From Macrostomum hystrix (Eukaryota; Animalia; Platyhelminthes): a DNA stretch of 64,000 nt. The stretch's first letter is position 1. Every line of letters begins with the position of its first letter. The notes below the pieces were generated by a model, which was not told the origin of the DNA, made no database searches, and saw nothing but the letters and a program-made list of their open reading frames with translations. Shown piece after piece: positions 11,973 to 30,907 of the stretch. The position numbers were made by a program, and so were the translations under genes. Location of the stretch: assembly GCA_950097015.1 (NCBI GenBank), contig CATNEN010000037.1:1922001-1986000 (forward strand), in the 5' to 3' direction.

Positions 11973-14087
11973 GAGGACCAGCGGCAGAATGATAACTATC
12001 TTCTATTGCGTTTGATGGCTTTGAGTTTGAATGCAGATTAGCAAAAAGTTTAAGTTGGCTGCAGTTTTTTATCTCTCCAAAGGTTCCCTTGTTTCACCTC
12101 GCCTATTGTAGTGCCGTTCTTTAAAAATTTGGCTGAATAAATTTGTCTTTAAAGTAAACTTCTTTTCTAGTTGTTTGCCTCTCCCCATGCCGTGCCATTT
12201 GCTAAATTGTCTTGCTCTCCGATTATTCTCTCTTTATTCAAGCATTTATTTTGTGCCAAAACACCTATATAGTTAGCATACCACACGGGAGAAACACTGG
12301 ATAGCGTTGCTGTGTGGAGGTCGCAAAAGGGCAGTTTGCAGTTTTGTAGTGCTTAGTTGTTCCAGTTGAGTTTCGCCTCCCCCTTCATCCACAGTCTCTT
12401 TCACTCCCTTTGATTCACTGCTCACATATACATTATAGGCTAGCTACACATGAAGGTAGCTATAGAGCCTAATATAATGATATACATTAGGAGTATGAGC
12501 TCATTATTAGAGCTTGCTTAGCAGTAGGACTTCAAAGCAAAGCGCAGTCATGCAGAAAGTTGAGCTACAGCTCTGTATCCATGGCCTGTAATTGTAGATT
12601 TCTCGCAGCGGCTACCGATGATTAGAGGGAAAAACACAAGACACTCTCACATAGGAAGAGCTAATTGGGAGATTGGGACAGAGAAGCCGCCGGTGCATAA
12701 AATAAGTTATTAACACGCTCTAGGTAGCTCTTGAAAGAATTATTACACCCATCGAGCCTACTATGAGCTAAATGGCTAGTCTATAGCATCTATAGTATCT
12801 ATAGTCTATAGCACTACGAGCACTATAGCACTCGTATAGCATCGAAATGTTAAGTTACTGTTAATGTTAAGTTGCCCGAACGGTTTGCATGAGAATCTGC
12901 CACACCCACTAAATGCAGACCTGTCATACCCATTGTGTTTTCTCACAAATCTACCTGTCAAGATTTGTAAAGAAAGTAAACAGAAAATTTGGCATGGCTT
13001 TGAGCGGAGATATTTTTTCTTCACTTGACATATCCTCGGACTGAGGTCATGACAAGATGAAGAAGACAGCGACTTGCCGAGCATTTGCAAGATTTTTTTC
13101 AAGAAAGTACACTTATTTTAGATAAGTATAGATATGTTCATATAGATATGAACATACGAATATAGATACGGTTCCCATTTTTCCTTACGATCAAAGCTTA
13201 AGTCTATGAAACACACAGTTCTCAAATATCAAATTATATACATAAAAAACTCTCACACCTTTCTATTCGTTACCAGTGCGTGTTATTTTAGCTATGGGTT
13301 CGCACACTTGAAGCAACGCCACCACAGGTTTACACATGACTAATTAACCAACTGAACCGATGCACTGTTTCTCTAAGCCTATTCTCATGAGCTCATGAGC
13401 ACACACGAGTGCAAAAATCGTGGGATACTAAAGAGAATAGCAAATGCCATAGCTATTTTAGGCTAAATCGTGGTGAATGAAGCCGAGAGCACTTAAGAGC
13501 AGACTCAAATTAAATCAAACTATCTAATAACTAAATTATCTAATTAAAGACCCGGCTAATAAAAATATAAGTTCGCGCCCCTCTAAAGAACAGAATATCT
13601 CATCAAGGCCACTTAAATGAGCAATTAAACGATTAAATAAATATTTTTTGATACAAAAATGAACAGCGAGCCAGGGCGTGCCTTGACAGCGGGGCAAACG
13701 GAACAGTCTATTCATTTTCTGCTTTCTGTGCAGCGAGACAAAAATACATTTTACAAGGGCAAGGATAATGAAAGCGGAGACAAACATTACACAGAATCGA
13801 AGGACAACAAAGACAAATTAACTAATGATATATTTGCTAGATTTTACGACAAAACAAAGCCTTTACGAGACATTCGAGCAACAGTGTCTGTGGCAGCAGA
13901 GCGACACGCTTCTAGTTTTCCTAAAAGCAGCCAACGATAAACTGGATAACAAGCATAGTCGAAAGAATTTTAGATCATTATACTACTAACTGCAAGTAGC
14001 TAGCCAGCTAATCACGCCAAAACGAATTTATCTGATATGTAACAAACAGAAAGTCCAAGCTTTTCTAATTTATGAGCCTTTACGACT

Positions 14088-14690
14088 ATTCTCTGATGGG
14101 TGTGGGGACGATTCACTGATGGGTGTGGGGACGATTCTCTGATGGGTGTGGGGACGATTCACTGATGGGTGTGGGGACGATTCACTGATGGGTGTGGGGG
14201 ACGATTCTCTGATGGGTGTGGGGACGATTCACTGATGGGTGTGGGGACGATTCTCTGATGGGTGTAGGGACGATTCTCTGATGGGTGTGGGGACGATTCA
14301 CTGATGGGTGTGGGGACGATTCTCTGATGGGTGTGGGGACGATTCACTGATGGGTGTGGGGACGATTCTCTGATGGGTGTGGGGACGATTTACTGATGGG
14401 TGTGGGGACGATTCACTGATGGGTGTGGGGACGATTCACTGATGGGTGTGGGGACGATTCACTGATGGGTGTGGGGACGATTCACTGATGGGTGTGGGGA
14501 CGATTTACTGATGGGTGTGGGGACGATTCACTGATGGGTGTGGGGACGATTCACTGATGGGTGTGGGGGACGATTCACTGATGGGTGTGGGGACGATTCA
14601 CTGATGGGTGTGGGGACGATTCACTGATGGGTGTGGGGACGATTCACTGATGGGTGTGGGGACGATTCACTGATGGGTGTGGGGACGATT
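14088..14690. repeat. 23-bp G-rich minisatellite (GATGGGTGTGGGGACGATTCACT), about 26 copies
   Basis: Directly visible tandem. Confidence 0.97.
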
Positions 14691-15286
14691 ATGAAGGATG
14701 TGAAGGAGATACAATGCTACAATTGATATTACAGCAAATTAACAAATTATTTGATTGCCGCATGATAGCCTGCTAATGTTGAATTAAAATTCAAATTAAA
14801 CACAAGTTTGTTTGCACATTAGCAAATTGCACAGCAAATGCCAGACGAAAAAAAGTTTTTTAGTTTAACGCGTTTTGAATAACCTGTGTACTTATGATAA
14901 AAGTACATCTTCAGCAAAGGGATGTGGAAACTATCAGGAGACATTAATTAAAAAAGCGAAACAAACAAAAAAACCGAATAGACAAAAATATCGTAATCAA
15001 ACAAACTGATAGATTGATTAGAATAGAATTTTCTAAGAAACATAAGCTAAATTAGCGTAATCAGACTCAGAGCACAAGCCTAATGGATAGGTAACCCCGC
15101 TAAAGATTATTATTTAAATTGAACATTTTTAAACAAACAACTGGAGATATGACTTTAATAAGCAGAGAGGTATGACAAAGAATACAATAGAAAATAGTTC
15201 ATCCCAATTTATATGTTGGTAAATAACAGCGCGGCTTGTCGATCCGTTTGTTCTCCATTCGCTTGCTTTTCTAAATGATTTATTTT

Positions 15287-20640
<5,354 letters not shown>

Positions 20641-21199
20641 TGTGAAAAAAGGTTTAAAGGTAATGTATGATGAAAAGCTCGAATTTTTTAACTGCTTCAC
20701 AAGGCAGACCAGGTCACTTAAATATCAAGGAAGAAAGTACCGTTTAACCAATATTTATTGGAAAAGGGTAAAATCAGCATAACGGCAATAATACGTCTTG
20801 ATTTAACGAACGCAATACTACAAGACTGTTTACTATCACAAAAAATATTTCTGTAATAATAATTCTATAACTCTAAGATAAAAATGCAATTAGTATCTAG
20901 ATTATCTAGATTAGTGTCTAGATAAAGAGCTGACTATTTGTTTTATTAAAAAGATATAATAGTTAAACAAAAAATACATATAGCATTGTTTTGATTACAG
21001 TGCTTTGACTTAAAAAGAAACTAAAACTGTAAGATAATACTGCATTTTATTTTTGCATGCTTTTTTTTAACCTTATCGTTGGAAAACCTAAACATTTAAA
21101 TTATTGCGTGCTCTAATATTTGATCACGACTATTTTACATAACAAGTGGTATCGTTGATTCTGAATTGCTGTTGGCTTTAGTAACTTAGTCATTTTGTG
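20641..21199. promoter_or_regulatory. Probable bidirectional promoter of PP2A-C and RACK1
   Basis: 559-bp AT-rich gap between two divergent ATGs; promoter function is inferred from geometry only. Confidence 0.65.
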
Positions 21200-24100
21200 A
21201 TGGCTGAACACATGCAATACAAAGGCCAGCTTATTGGCCACAATGGCTGGGTTACGCAGATCGCTACAAATCCTCAGTTTCCAAATATGATTCTGTCTGC
21301 AAGTCGTGGTACGTTTTTAATGTTGTTAATATATCATGCTAACTTATTTGTAATTGTATTTAATTAAATAAATGGTTCGCAGCCTTGTATAAAAATTTTG
21401 GCATCAGAAAAAATAGGGTAAAATATGTAATTAACACTTTGTTGCCTATCTACAAATATTCAATTAACAAGTGATAGGCCTATCGCTGATGTGGATGTAT
21501 GGATTGCATGGATACCATAGTGCAAAAGGATTTTTGTGTACAACAGAAGGTAATATTCTATTTTGCTCTGTTGTACGAAGGTACGACAGGGATCAAATAA
21601 TTATAATACTTTTGTATGAAGGTACAGGATCAAATAAGTGTAGTACTGTTATTCAACAAAATCGTTTTTCAAGTTGGGCACCTGTCACTCTATTTTCTTT
21701 AGTGTGTTTTTTTCCTGAAAAAATTTAATGGTCTTTAAACTTATAGGATAATTGTACTTACAGACCTATGCATAAACAATACACAATTCAATGATCTTTA
21801 AATAAATAAATATAGTATAGTATAATAAAATCACATTTAACATTTGGCATAAGTTCTTGTAGTTAATTGTGCTGCATAAAATATACCCTGCCTTACCCTG
21901 GCAAATATTTTTTGAAAACGTAGGTTTTAAGGCTTTCAAAAGCTTTCAACAAAAAAGCTTTCAATTGTGCATATAATGCAATATTACGTAGAGTCTTCAT
22001 AGCTAAAAGTATCATTAAAATGACAGCATGTCTCTACAGACAGCATGTCTCTACAAATATGTAATGGTCTACTAAGAATATCTGGTATACAATTTTGTAA
22101 AAAGTAAACAACTAATGGGTCCCTTATTTTAAGCATGTTTAAATATTTTTTATATGTTCATGTTAAATTCAGAATTATGAATTGTTTTTGTAAATATATA
22201 AGATATCTATGTAGGCTGCTATAAAGTAAATAATAATCTTAAGAACTCAATTATTCTTTTAACAAAACTGCTTGCTAAGCTAAAAAAGATAAAGGCAAAG
22301 AATAAAATCACTAAAAAAATTTTCTATCAAGTATCTATGTGGTCATATTACTAGTGGCCAGTCACAAAGCCAACAAGAGATAACTGAGTGTTGCTAATAT
22401 TGGTAGAAAATAATAGCTAAATCATCTTTTTTTAATCTAAATCTTTAATTTCACAGAAAATAGTTTTCATTGGAATATTTGCATAGGACAGGAAGAGAAA
22501 TAGAACAAGAAGGCTAATTACGAATTTCGTGCTTCTTATAAATAGAAAATAATGCAGTTTAATATTAGAATTATGGTAGGGTTTAACAACCTAGCATTAT
22601 TCATATTTTCACTTCTATTACTAAGGTAAATTCATTTAAATTAAGACAAAAATGCATCCTAAGTTGTGTTATAGGGCTAACTTAATAACTGGCTTTTTTA
22701 TAAGAAAATCCCACTTCTGACACCAAAGTTGTTATAGGCCTAATTTCTTTGTTATGTATTTATCTCAATGATGCCACCAAAGTTGTACCAGGGCAAAATT
22801 ATTAATTAAGATCCCACCGCTGTTGACTCAATTTAAAAGATATTTAACTGGCGGTCTTTAAATGGGCCATTTTAGCTTCTCAAATGGTAGCGTATGTATT
22901 CGCACGAGCGGTGACTAGGCAACTGTACATGTTTCCAGTCAATTAGGTGTCCCCGAGATTAGAGTTTAGCAGTTTCCTATTTCCAATATTCTTAGTATAG
23001 TTCTGAGTATTGGTTCTGAGTATAGTTCTCACTACTATCTTCTCTTAAAATGAATAACACAATGTAACACTTCAAACTTCGAAATTTGCTTTAAAACACA
23101 CACTTAACACACAACTTTCAACTTCAACTTCAACTTCAAACTACCCTTTACAGCCCTTTTATTTTTCTTAGTCAAAATTTGCGGCTATATATACAGAGAA
23201 AAATTAACTTTTGTTTTAATGGCAACATTTTACATAATATTATTTACAAGATACAAAAATAAAACAAAATTATTTACACACAGTATTACTTTTATTACGG
23301 TACGAAGACTTGGGGATCATTGTCAACTGGGGGATCATTGTCAACTGGGGGATCATTGTCAACTGGTGGATCATTGTCAACTGGGGGATCATTGTCAACT
23401 GGTGGATCATTGTCAACTGGGGGGTCATTGTCAACTGCGGGATCATTCTCAACTGATCATTGTAGCGCAATAAAGGCTGAAAATACAGCTGCTAAAAAGT
23501 ATATACTGGACGAATTAAAAATATTTCTGCTCCCCGAAGGGGGGCAAAACTTGCTAGTTAGCAAGATATTTATTTTTGGCGCGTTTTTTATTTTTTTATT
23601 TTTTTACTATTTTTTATAATAAGAGCAGAACGTATATACAATAAAACATAATGATACAACTAAAACACTGTCACAGTTGCTATAGAGATATCTTTCTTTC
23701 CTTACTTCTTAACCTCCTAGACAAGAGTCTGATCATGTGGGAGCTGAACCGTGGCGAAAACTATGGTGTGCCGAAGCGTGCACTGCGCGGTCACAACCAC
23801 TTTGTGTCGGACGTTGTCATGTCATCCGACGGTCAATTCGCCCTGTCTGGCTCCTGGGACAGCACCCTGCGCCTCTGGGACCTCACTACCGGCCAGACCA
23901 CCCGGCGCTTCACTGGCCACACCAAGGACGTCCTGTCTGTGGCTTTCAGCGCCGACAATCGCCAGATTGTGTCAGGCTCGCGCGATCGCACCATCAAACT
24001 GTGGAACACACTTGGCGTGTGCAAGTACACCATCACCGAAGACAATCACTCAGATTGGGTGACCTGCGTGCGATTCTCGCCCAACACCGCTAACCCAATC

Positions 24101-24574
24101 ATTGTTAGCGCCGGTGTCGATCGCCTAGTCAAGGTTTGGAACCTCACCAACTGCAAGCTGCGCACCAATCACATTGGCCACAGCGGCTACCTCAACACCG
24201 TCGCCGTCAGCCCGGATGGCAGCCTGTGCGCCTCCGGAGGCAAGGACGGCAAAGCCATGCTGTGGGACCTCAACGAAGGCAAGCATTTGTACACGCTGGA
24301 CGGCGGCGAGAGCATCAACACGCTGACCTTCTCGCCGAATCGTTATTGGCTGTGCGCGGCCACCGGTCCCCTAATTAAGATCTGGGATCTGGAGAATAAG
24401 GTGGTTGTGGACGACTTGCGCACTGAGATGGTGGCCACCAGCACAAACCTAAAGCGCAAGCCGGCTAGCCCGGAGTGCCTCTCCCTGGCCTGGAGCGCCG
24501 ACGGCCAGACTCTCTTTGCCGGCTACTCGGACAATGTCATCCGCGTCTACGGCGTCACCGTCTCTGCCCAGTGA
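21200..24574 (+). CDS. RACK1: Receptor for activated C kinase 1, 320 aa; exons 21200-21308 and 23721-24574
   Basis: Exon 1 [36 protein letters not shown] joins in phase 1 (G|AC) to [10 protein letters not shown]...[24 protein letters not shown]...[12 protein letters not shown]; seven WD40 repeats. Confidence 0.97.
23310..23460. repeat. 18-bp minisatellite (GGGGATCATTGTCAACTG) in the RACK1 intron
   Basis: Visible tandem, about 8 copies. Confidence 0.93.
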
Positions 24575-25094
24575 GATTTATTGCTAAGCGATTTATTGGA
24601 CGATTTATTAGGATTAATATTATTAAAGAACTTGAGCTACTGTTCCCTCCTCCAAGCCGCACCTAACTCCCAATTCTCTGTTATTTGTGAATTGCTAGCT
24701 AACTGAACTGAAGCTTTACCTGATTCTGGTCTTGGCCTCCCGGCTGGTGTTGTTTAGGCTTCTAGTTTGACAAATGGCAGACTAATTGCCAATGAGACTA
24801 AAAGGCAGTGTCGATTTGAAATTTGTAGTCTTCAGGTTTGAAAAGCAGTGCCCACCAGCGCCGGGAGGGGGAATTCGTTGATGAGCTGCCTCTAGGAAGT
24901 CTCACTTATTAAATAAAAGGAGTTGGCGTTCGAGTCTCTGGACTGTTCTAGCGCGGCCCTTGCTGCATTCAATTGGATTGGAAAGAAAATTTTGCCAGGT
25001 CCGTCGGTTTTGAGTTGTCTCATTTAATTTCGATTTGCAATAACAAAAAATAATTTTCGTAGAAAGCTTGGACCCGAAATAACATCGAACCCGC

Positions 25095-25280
25095 TTGTTG
25101 CTATAGTTCACCCAGCTGTTAAATGGGTACGAGCATTAGCTGGGATAATTGAAGGTGGGTGTGCGTCCCCCCAGTCCATGGACTGAACAGCTGTAAGCAG
25201 CCTTTGGATGCGCCGCGCAATAGCTGCGGCTGTGCTGGCCCAATTGGGGCAGGTGTAATCAATTAATTATTATTATCGAC
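25095..25280 (+). mobile_element. SINE family A copy (CORE-like segment, 3' body and (ATT)n tail) between the convergent RACK1 and esterase-like genes
   Basis: TTCACCCAGCTGTTAAATGGGTAC, then GTCCCCCAGTCCATGGACTGAACAGCTGTAAGCAGCC...ATTATTATTAT. Confidence 0.7.
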
Positions 25281-25387
25281 TTTATCGCTAATTGGAAGGT
25301 TAATCTTGAGAACATATATTTAAGACATATGGGATGAAAAAAGTATCAGTTTGGCCAAATTGCTGATGAGTTTCATATGCTTAACTC

Positions 25388-28300
25388 TTATACGATGCCC
25401 ATCAGGTGGGGAAAAGTATTGTACTGCACAGAGTCGCAATAAGTTATGGCGTCGTCTGACGGCATGGACTGCAGCAGGCCATCAGTTTGCGCCATCACGG
25501 TGTAGCCGCTGTCCACAGTGTACCAACTGGATGGCGGCCGGCCGCTGCTGGCAAATGTACTCAGCGCAGCCTGCAGATGCTGCATCATGGCCTGATCTCT
25601 GCGATCCCAGCTCTCGGCTGCGCGTGGCGCAGTTCCCAGCATCAGCAGCAGGTCCAGGCCGTAGAATGCGCCATTGTGCATGGAGCTGTCTCCCAGTTCC
25701 AAAAATTTGGCTGCATACTTCAGTCTGTAGCGCTGGACATAATGGTACACTGGCGATCGGCGATTGGAAGATTTAGCCAGCGCTTTGGCCAGGTAGCGGT
25801 AGGGGCAGATAAAACGTAACAGGGTGCCCACCCTGACTGCCGTTAGAATTCCCTATTGGAGTGCGGTTGTGTTTGTTCAACATGTAGTGAATGTAGCATC
25901 GGCATTTGGTAGCAATTATCACGCCACTAAACACGTACTGTTCTCTGATTGGCCAGATTCGTCACTAAACACGTACTGTTCTCTGATTGACCAGATTCGT
26001 CACTAAACACGTACTGTTCTCTGATTGGCCAGATTCGTCACTAAACACGTACTGTTCTCAGATTGGCCAGATTCGTCACTAAACACGTACTGTTCTCTGA
26101 TTGACCAGATTCGTCACTAAACACGTACTGTTCTCAGATTGGCCAGATTCGTCACTAAACACGTACTGTTCTCTGATTGACCAGATTCGTCACTAAACAC
26201 GTACTGTTCTCTGATTGGCCAGATTCGTCACCAAACACGTACTCTTCTCTGATTGGCCAGATTCGTGACTAAACTCGTACTGTTCTCTGATTGGTGTGAT
26301 TTGGAATCCACGAATAATTTCCTTTGTTCCAATTTATTCACTACACTACATTCACTACATTTTGACCTACCTGAGCGTCGCCTTGCGACATGTCGGGCTT
26401 CTTCAATCTGGCGATGAGTTTGTTGGGATTGCCAGCAATGTCCATCATTTCCAGCGTGGTCAGTACCTCCTTCCAAACTTTTTGCCAATTGTCCTGCACC
26501 CGGAAGCCGGGAAAGCCTTCGTAATGATCGGCCACATTGCCGAATACCACTGGTACGTCCGCCCAGGCGCCCAGCCCACTCGGACTGTCCTCAGTAGGCG
26601 AGGCTGTCAGGGTGACTCCGTCCGGAGCCAGCCACTCCAACGGTGCCTCCGGCGTTACGATATTGCCGGCAACGGACACTGTGCCCTGGCGTATCAGGTT
26701 GCTCAGACTGAGCGACCAGTCGTCAAGGTAACCAGTTCGAGTCCATGCTTTGTAAACATCTTCCTTGGCTGTCAGATACGATAGGAGTCGACCCTGTGTA
26801 TAGATATATGCAGGGCCAGGATTTTAAAGGCTGAAGATTATTTAACAGTAGAAAGATCACGCTATTTTTCCCCTGGGAAAGACCACGGGGTACAACAACA
26901 ACCAATGCCTACTTCATGATAGCTGCCAAACCGATTTTCGTGAAAGTCCACCATCTCAGCGAGATATTCAGCGATTCTTGTCGAAGACAATGGTGACAAG
27001 GACAACTGACATTGCTCTGAATAAACCTCTATCTATCGCGAATCTACATTGGTTCAAAAGTTTATAAAGTAACAATATAATTTGTGACTCTGGAAGTTCT
27101 CTCTTTCTACTGTTAAAATGTATTTCATCAAAAGTTTCACCTCGTCCATCGCTTCCATCTCCTTGCGGCACTCGATCACATCGTCCACTGGGCATTTGAG
27201 CCGAAGCTGGCTGATGTTTGTCCATCGATTGGCGTGGATGCTTTCCAAAGCCGACAGCAGCGCCGGCGCCGAGTTTGGAATGCGCGACGGGCCGCTGGAG
27301 AGCCAGGCTGCGCTGACTAGCTTCTTGCCAGTGCGCCGCTGTGTGTGCAGCACGGCCATTGCCATGCCCGCCCCGCTGCCGTGTCCGACCAAAGTGATTC
27401 TGAGCGAAGCAGCCAAGTGAAAAAATACACTTGCGATTAAATCGAATCGCAAACGATTTTATGACCTAGTAGATCAATTAAGTTCGTTCTAAGTACAAGT
27501 TAGTACTGTGTGTGGAGGAATGTTGTCAGGGCGGTTTAACGCGTTTGCCATTAAGGTCCCTGAGCTGGATTCAGCAACGAGGCCACTTCTCTTAGTAGCT
27601 TGTAGTGAAATTACGCACATCAGGGCCGACTAAGTCAAGAGAGTGTACACTGCCTCATAAGGAATAATCCAGGACAGATGCGCACCATAGACTGTGGCAG
27701 TAGGCAGTTTCGCGTTCTATAATAAAATCACTTGAAATGGGGTTTGCGGTGTGCTAAAAATAGAATAATCTATGAGTCATACTCGGCATGAGGTTTTTTG
27801 TGTACAGAGGGTGGTGAGTCACCTATCGCATAGTAGTTTCTTCACATTTAAACAACAATGAAGCAATGCATTCTCTGACTCTCCTTCAGCAGCACAGTAA
27901 TTACTTGGAAATCATTTTTACCAGAAATACTTTACATGGACTTTAAAACTGGAATACTTTGAACTCTGTCACAAATGGCACAATGCACTTACCTGTTGAC
28001 GTCACCGCCGAAATCTTTGACCACCTGTTGGAGGTACTCAAGGCCACGCAACAGATCCGGCAGGCCATAGTTGAGCACACTGGAGTTGACACCGGCTGGC
28101 TGGAAAATGCCGTGGAATCCCATCCGGTAGCCGATGCGAACAACAACAGCGCGCAGTGCGTCCGGCAACCCGTCGTCCGAGTGCAACAGCGAGTCCTGAC
28201 CGAGGCTCCTAGTAGTCTCAGATACATAGCCAGAGCCGGTGACAAACACGATGACCGGATATCCCGTGCTGTAGTCTCTGGGCCGGCCGATGCTCAGGAA

Positions 28301-30907
28301 CAGGCAGTCCTCCGAGACGGCCGGCTCTGCCGGCACGCCGTCGAGAGGGTCGGCCTCCGGCAGGCGAATATATTCGACGTTGCCGCTGCTATTGGTAGCT
28401 GAAGTTGGCACGACTGTCTGCGGCTGCGGAGCTGAAGTTGGCACGACTGGCAGCGGCAGTGGCTGCGGCTTGCCGGATTTCTGCAGCTGCCTGTGGCCAC
28501 ACAATTAATTGGCAACCTTAGCAACTGGCACAACCGAATTCTTTACTCGGGTTCTCTACTCTAGCTAGATTATTCTCTACTTTACTCTACTCTAGCTCCG
28601 CAGATTCGAGCTGAGGAGCATAATCTGACACTCACCCACTTGTCCTCCCGTTCCAATCGTGCTACTATAGCTAGTAATTAAAAAAGATAAGTTTTCATAT
28701 GAATCACCTGTACCGAACCACATGAAAGTGCGGACAGAATCTAGGACTAGCATGCACATTGCATTTGTGCACTCCGCCAATCAGTTGACATTCGCTGCTG
28801 CGATGGGCTAGAATACAGCGCGGCAGGCCGTGAATGGGCTCCGGTGGCTGCCAACGCTCTTTGAAAATGATTTCGAATCGGTGTGCTTTCCAGTGAATAT
28901 GCAAGTAGGATTGCTGTGACGGGGTGTCCCGTGATTTGCACCCCGTGATTGTAAGCTGTAAACTGTAGGATTGTATCCTGTGAACTGTAGGATTGTATCC
29001 TGTGAACTGTAGGATTGTATCCTGTGAACTGTAGGATTTTATCCTGTGAACTGTAGGATTGTATCCTGTGAACTGTAGGATTGTATCCTGTGAACTGTAG
29101 GATTGTATCCTGTGAACTGTAGGATTGTATCCTGTGAATTGTAGGATTGTATCCTGTGAACTGTAGGATTGTATCCTCTGAACTGTAGGATTGTATCCTG
29201 TGAACTGTAGGATTGTATCCTGTGAACTGTAGGATTGTATCCTGTGAACTATAGGATTGTATCCTGTGAACTGTAGGATTGTATCCTGTGAACTGTAGGA
29301 TTGTATCCTGTGAACTGTAGGATTGTATCCTGTGAACTATAGGATTGTATCCTGTGAACTGTAGGATTGTATCCTGTGAACTGTAGGATTGTATCCTGTG
29401 AACTGTAGGATTTTATCCTGTGAATTGTAGGATTGTATCCTGTGAACTGTAGGATTGTATCCTGTGAACTGTAGGATTTTATCCTGTGAACTGTAGGATT
29501 GTATCCTGTGAACTGTAGGATTGTATCCTGTGAATTGTAGGATTGTATCCTGTGAATTGTAGGATTGTATCCTGTGAATTGTAGGATTGTATCCTGTGAA
29601 CTGTAGGATTGTATCCTGTGAACTGTAGGATTGTATCCTGTGAACTGTAGGATTGTATCCTGTGAACTGTAGGATTGTATCCCGTGAACTGTAGGATTGT
29701 ATCCTGTGAATTGTAGGATTGTATCCTGTGAACTGTAGGATTGTATCCTGTGAACTGTAGGATTGTATCCTGTGAACTGTAGGATTGTATCCTGTGAACT
29801 GTAGGATTGTATCCTGTGAACTGTAGGATTGTATCCTGTGAACTGTAGGATTGTATCCTGTGAACTGTAGGATTGTATCCTGTGAACTGTAGGATTGTAT
29901 CCTGTGAACTGTAGGATTGTATCCCGTGAACTGTAGGATTGTATCCTGTGAACTGTAGGATTGTATCCTGTGAATTGTAGGATTGTATCCTGTGAACTGT
30001 AGTATTTTATCCTGTGAACTGAAGGATTGTATCCTGTGAACTGTAGGATTGTATCCTATGAACTGTAGTATTTTATCCTGTGAACTGAAGGATTGTATCC
30101 TGTGAACTGTAGGATTGTATCCTCTGAACTGTAGGATTGTATCCTGTGAATTGTAGGATTGTATCCTGTGAACTGTAGTATTTTATCCTGTGAACTGAAG
30201 GATTGTATCCTGTGAACTGTAGGATTGTATCCTATGAACTGTAGTATTTTATCCTGTGAACTGAAGGATTGTATCCTGTGAACTGTAGGGTCAAGTCTCT
30301 CGAATTCCCATTGTCATCCAAGAGTCCCATTGTTTAACTTTAGTTTGCTTTTTGTCGCTAGCTGCTGTATGACTGTCGCTCAACAAATTGTCGCTATGCT
30401 CATGTGAGAGGAAAGCAGAATTCTAAGTCTCAGTCACTCACTTAGCAACAATGTTGCCGTGTTCGTCAACGGACCGAAATATTCGTTCGGCTTCATAGGC
30501 TGGGGCGGCAAGGCGAATGGCACCGCGCGATAATAAGCCGAACTATGGTTGCTACCCAGATACCAGGCGCACTCCAGTGTATTCACCACAGCCAGGTAAG
30601 GCAGGCTAGGCTTGATTAGATACAAAAGCAGGTGTAATCCCACAGTGAGCAGCCACACAATTAACAGAATCCTATAGTAGTTGCTGGATATCAGGTAGCA
30701 GAGAGCTTGGCCTAGCGAACGAATCACGCCGTTAGTGCTCAGGTAGGACACGGCGGATTTAGTAATTAAGTCAGAATGCTTCCCGTGGTTATCCATAAAG
30801 AAGTCTTGCAAACTGCGCTTCCTTCGCCAGTAAATAGTCTCCTCGGCGATGATAGCTGGCGGAGGCGTTTGCTGAGGCAACTCGGCCGATGTTTCCGTCG
30901 TACTCAT
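25388..30907 (-). CDS. Type II membrane carboxylesterase/cholinesterase-like protein, catalytically inactive (neurotactin-like), about 784 aa; exons 30442-30907, 28708-28858, 27993-28490, 27141-27399, 26913-27005, 26371-26793, 25388-25852
   Basis: N-terminal TM RILLIVWLLTVGLHLLLYLI, then YRAVPFALPP, RWQPPEP, SEDCLFL, PVIVFVTGSG, YRMGFHG, NYGLPD, FGGDVNRITLVGHGSGAG, RFICP and GAFYGLDL. All joins are GT-AG and phase-consistent; the small exon 26913-27005 is the least certain. Confidence 0.85.
25925..26295. repeat. 38-bp minisatellite (CACTAAACACGTACTGTTCTCTGATTGGCCAGATTCGT) in the last intron of the esterase-like gene
   Basis: Visible tandem, about 10 copies. Confidence 0.95.
27520..27695 (+). 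mobile_element. SINE family B, diverged copy in an intron
   Basis: TTTAACGCGTTTGCC...AAGGTCCCTGAGCTGGATTC...AGGGCC...GAGAGTGTACACTGCC...GGACAGATG. Confidence 0.6.
28960..30288. repeat. 22-bp minisatellite (TGTGAACTGTAGGATTGTATCC) in intron 1 of the esterase-like gene
   Basis: Visible tandem, about 60 copies. Confidence 0.97.

Noticed and set aside
13659-13940. 93-aa ATG-initiated ORF
   Set aside because: No recognisable motif or splice context; compatible with chance.
21309-23720. Intronic snoRNAs, as in vertebrate RACK1
   Set aside because: No convincing RTGATGA/CTGA pair with a terminal stem found by eye; a snoscan or Infernal search is needed to exclude H/ACA types.
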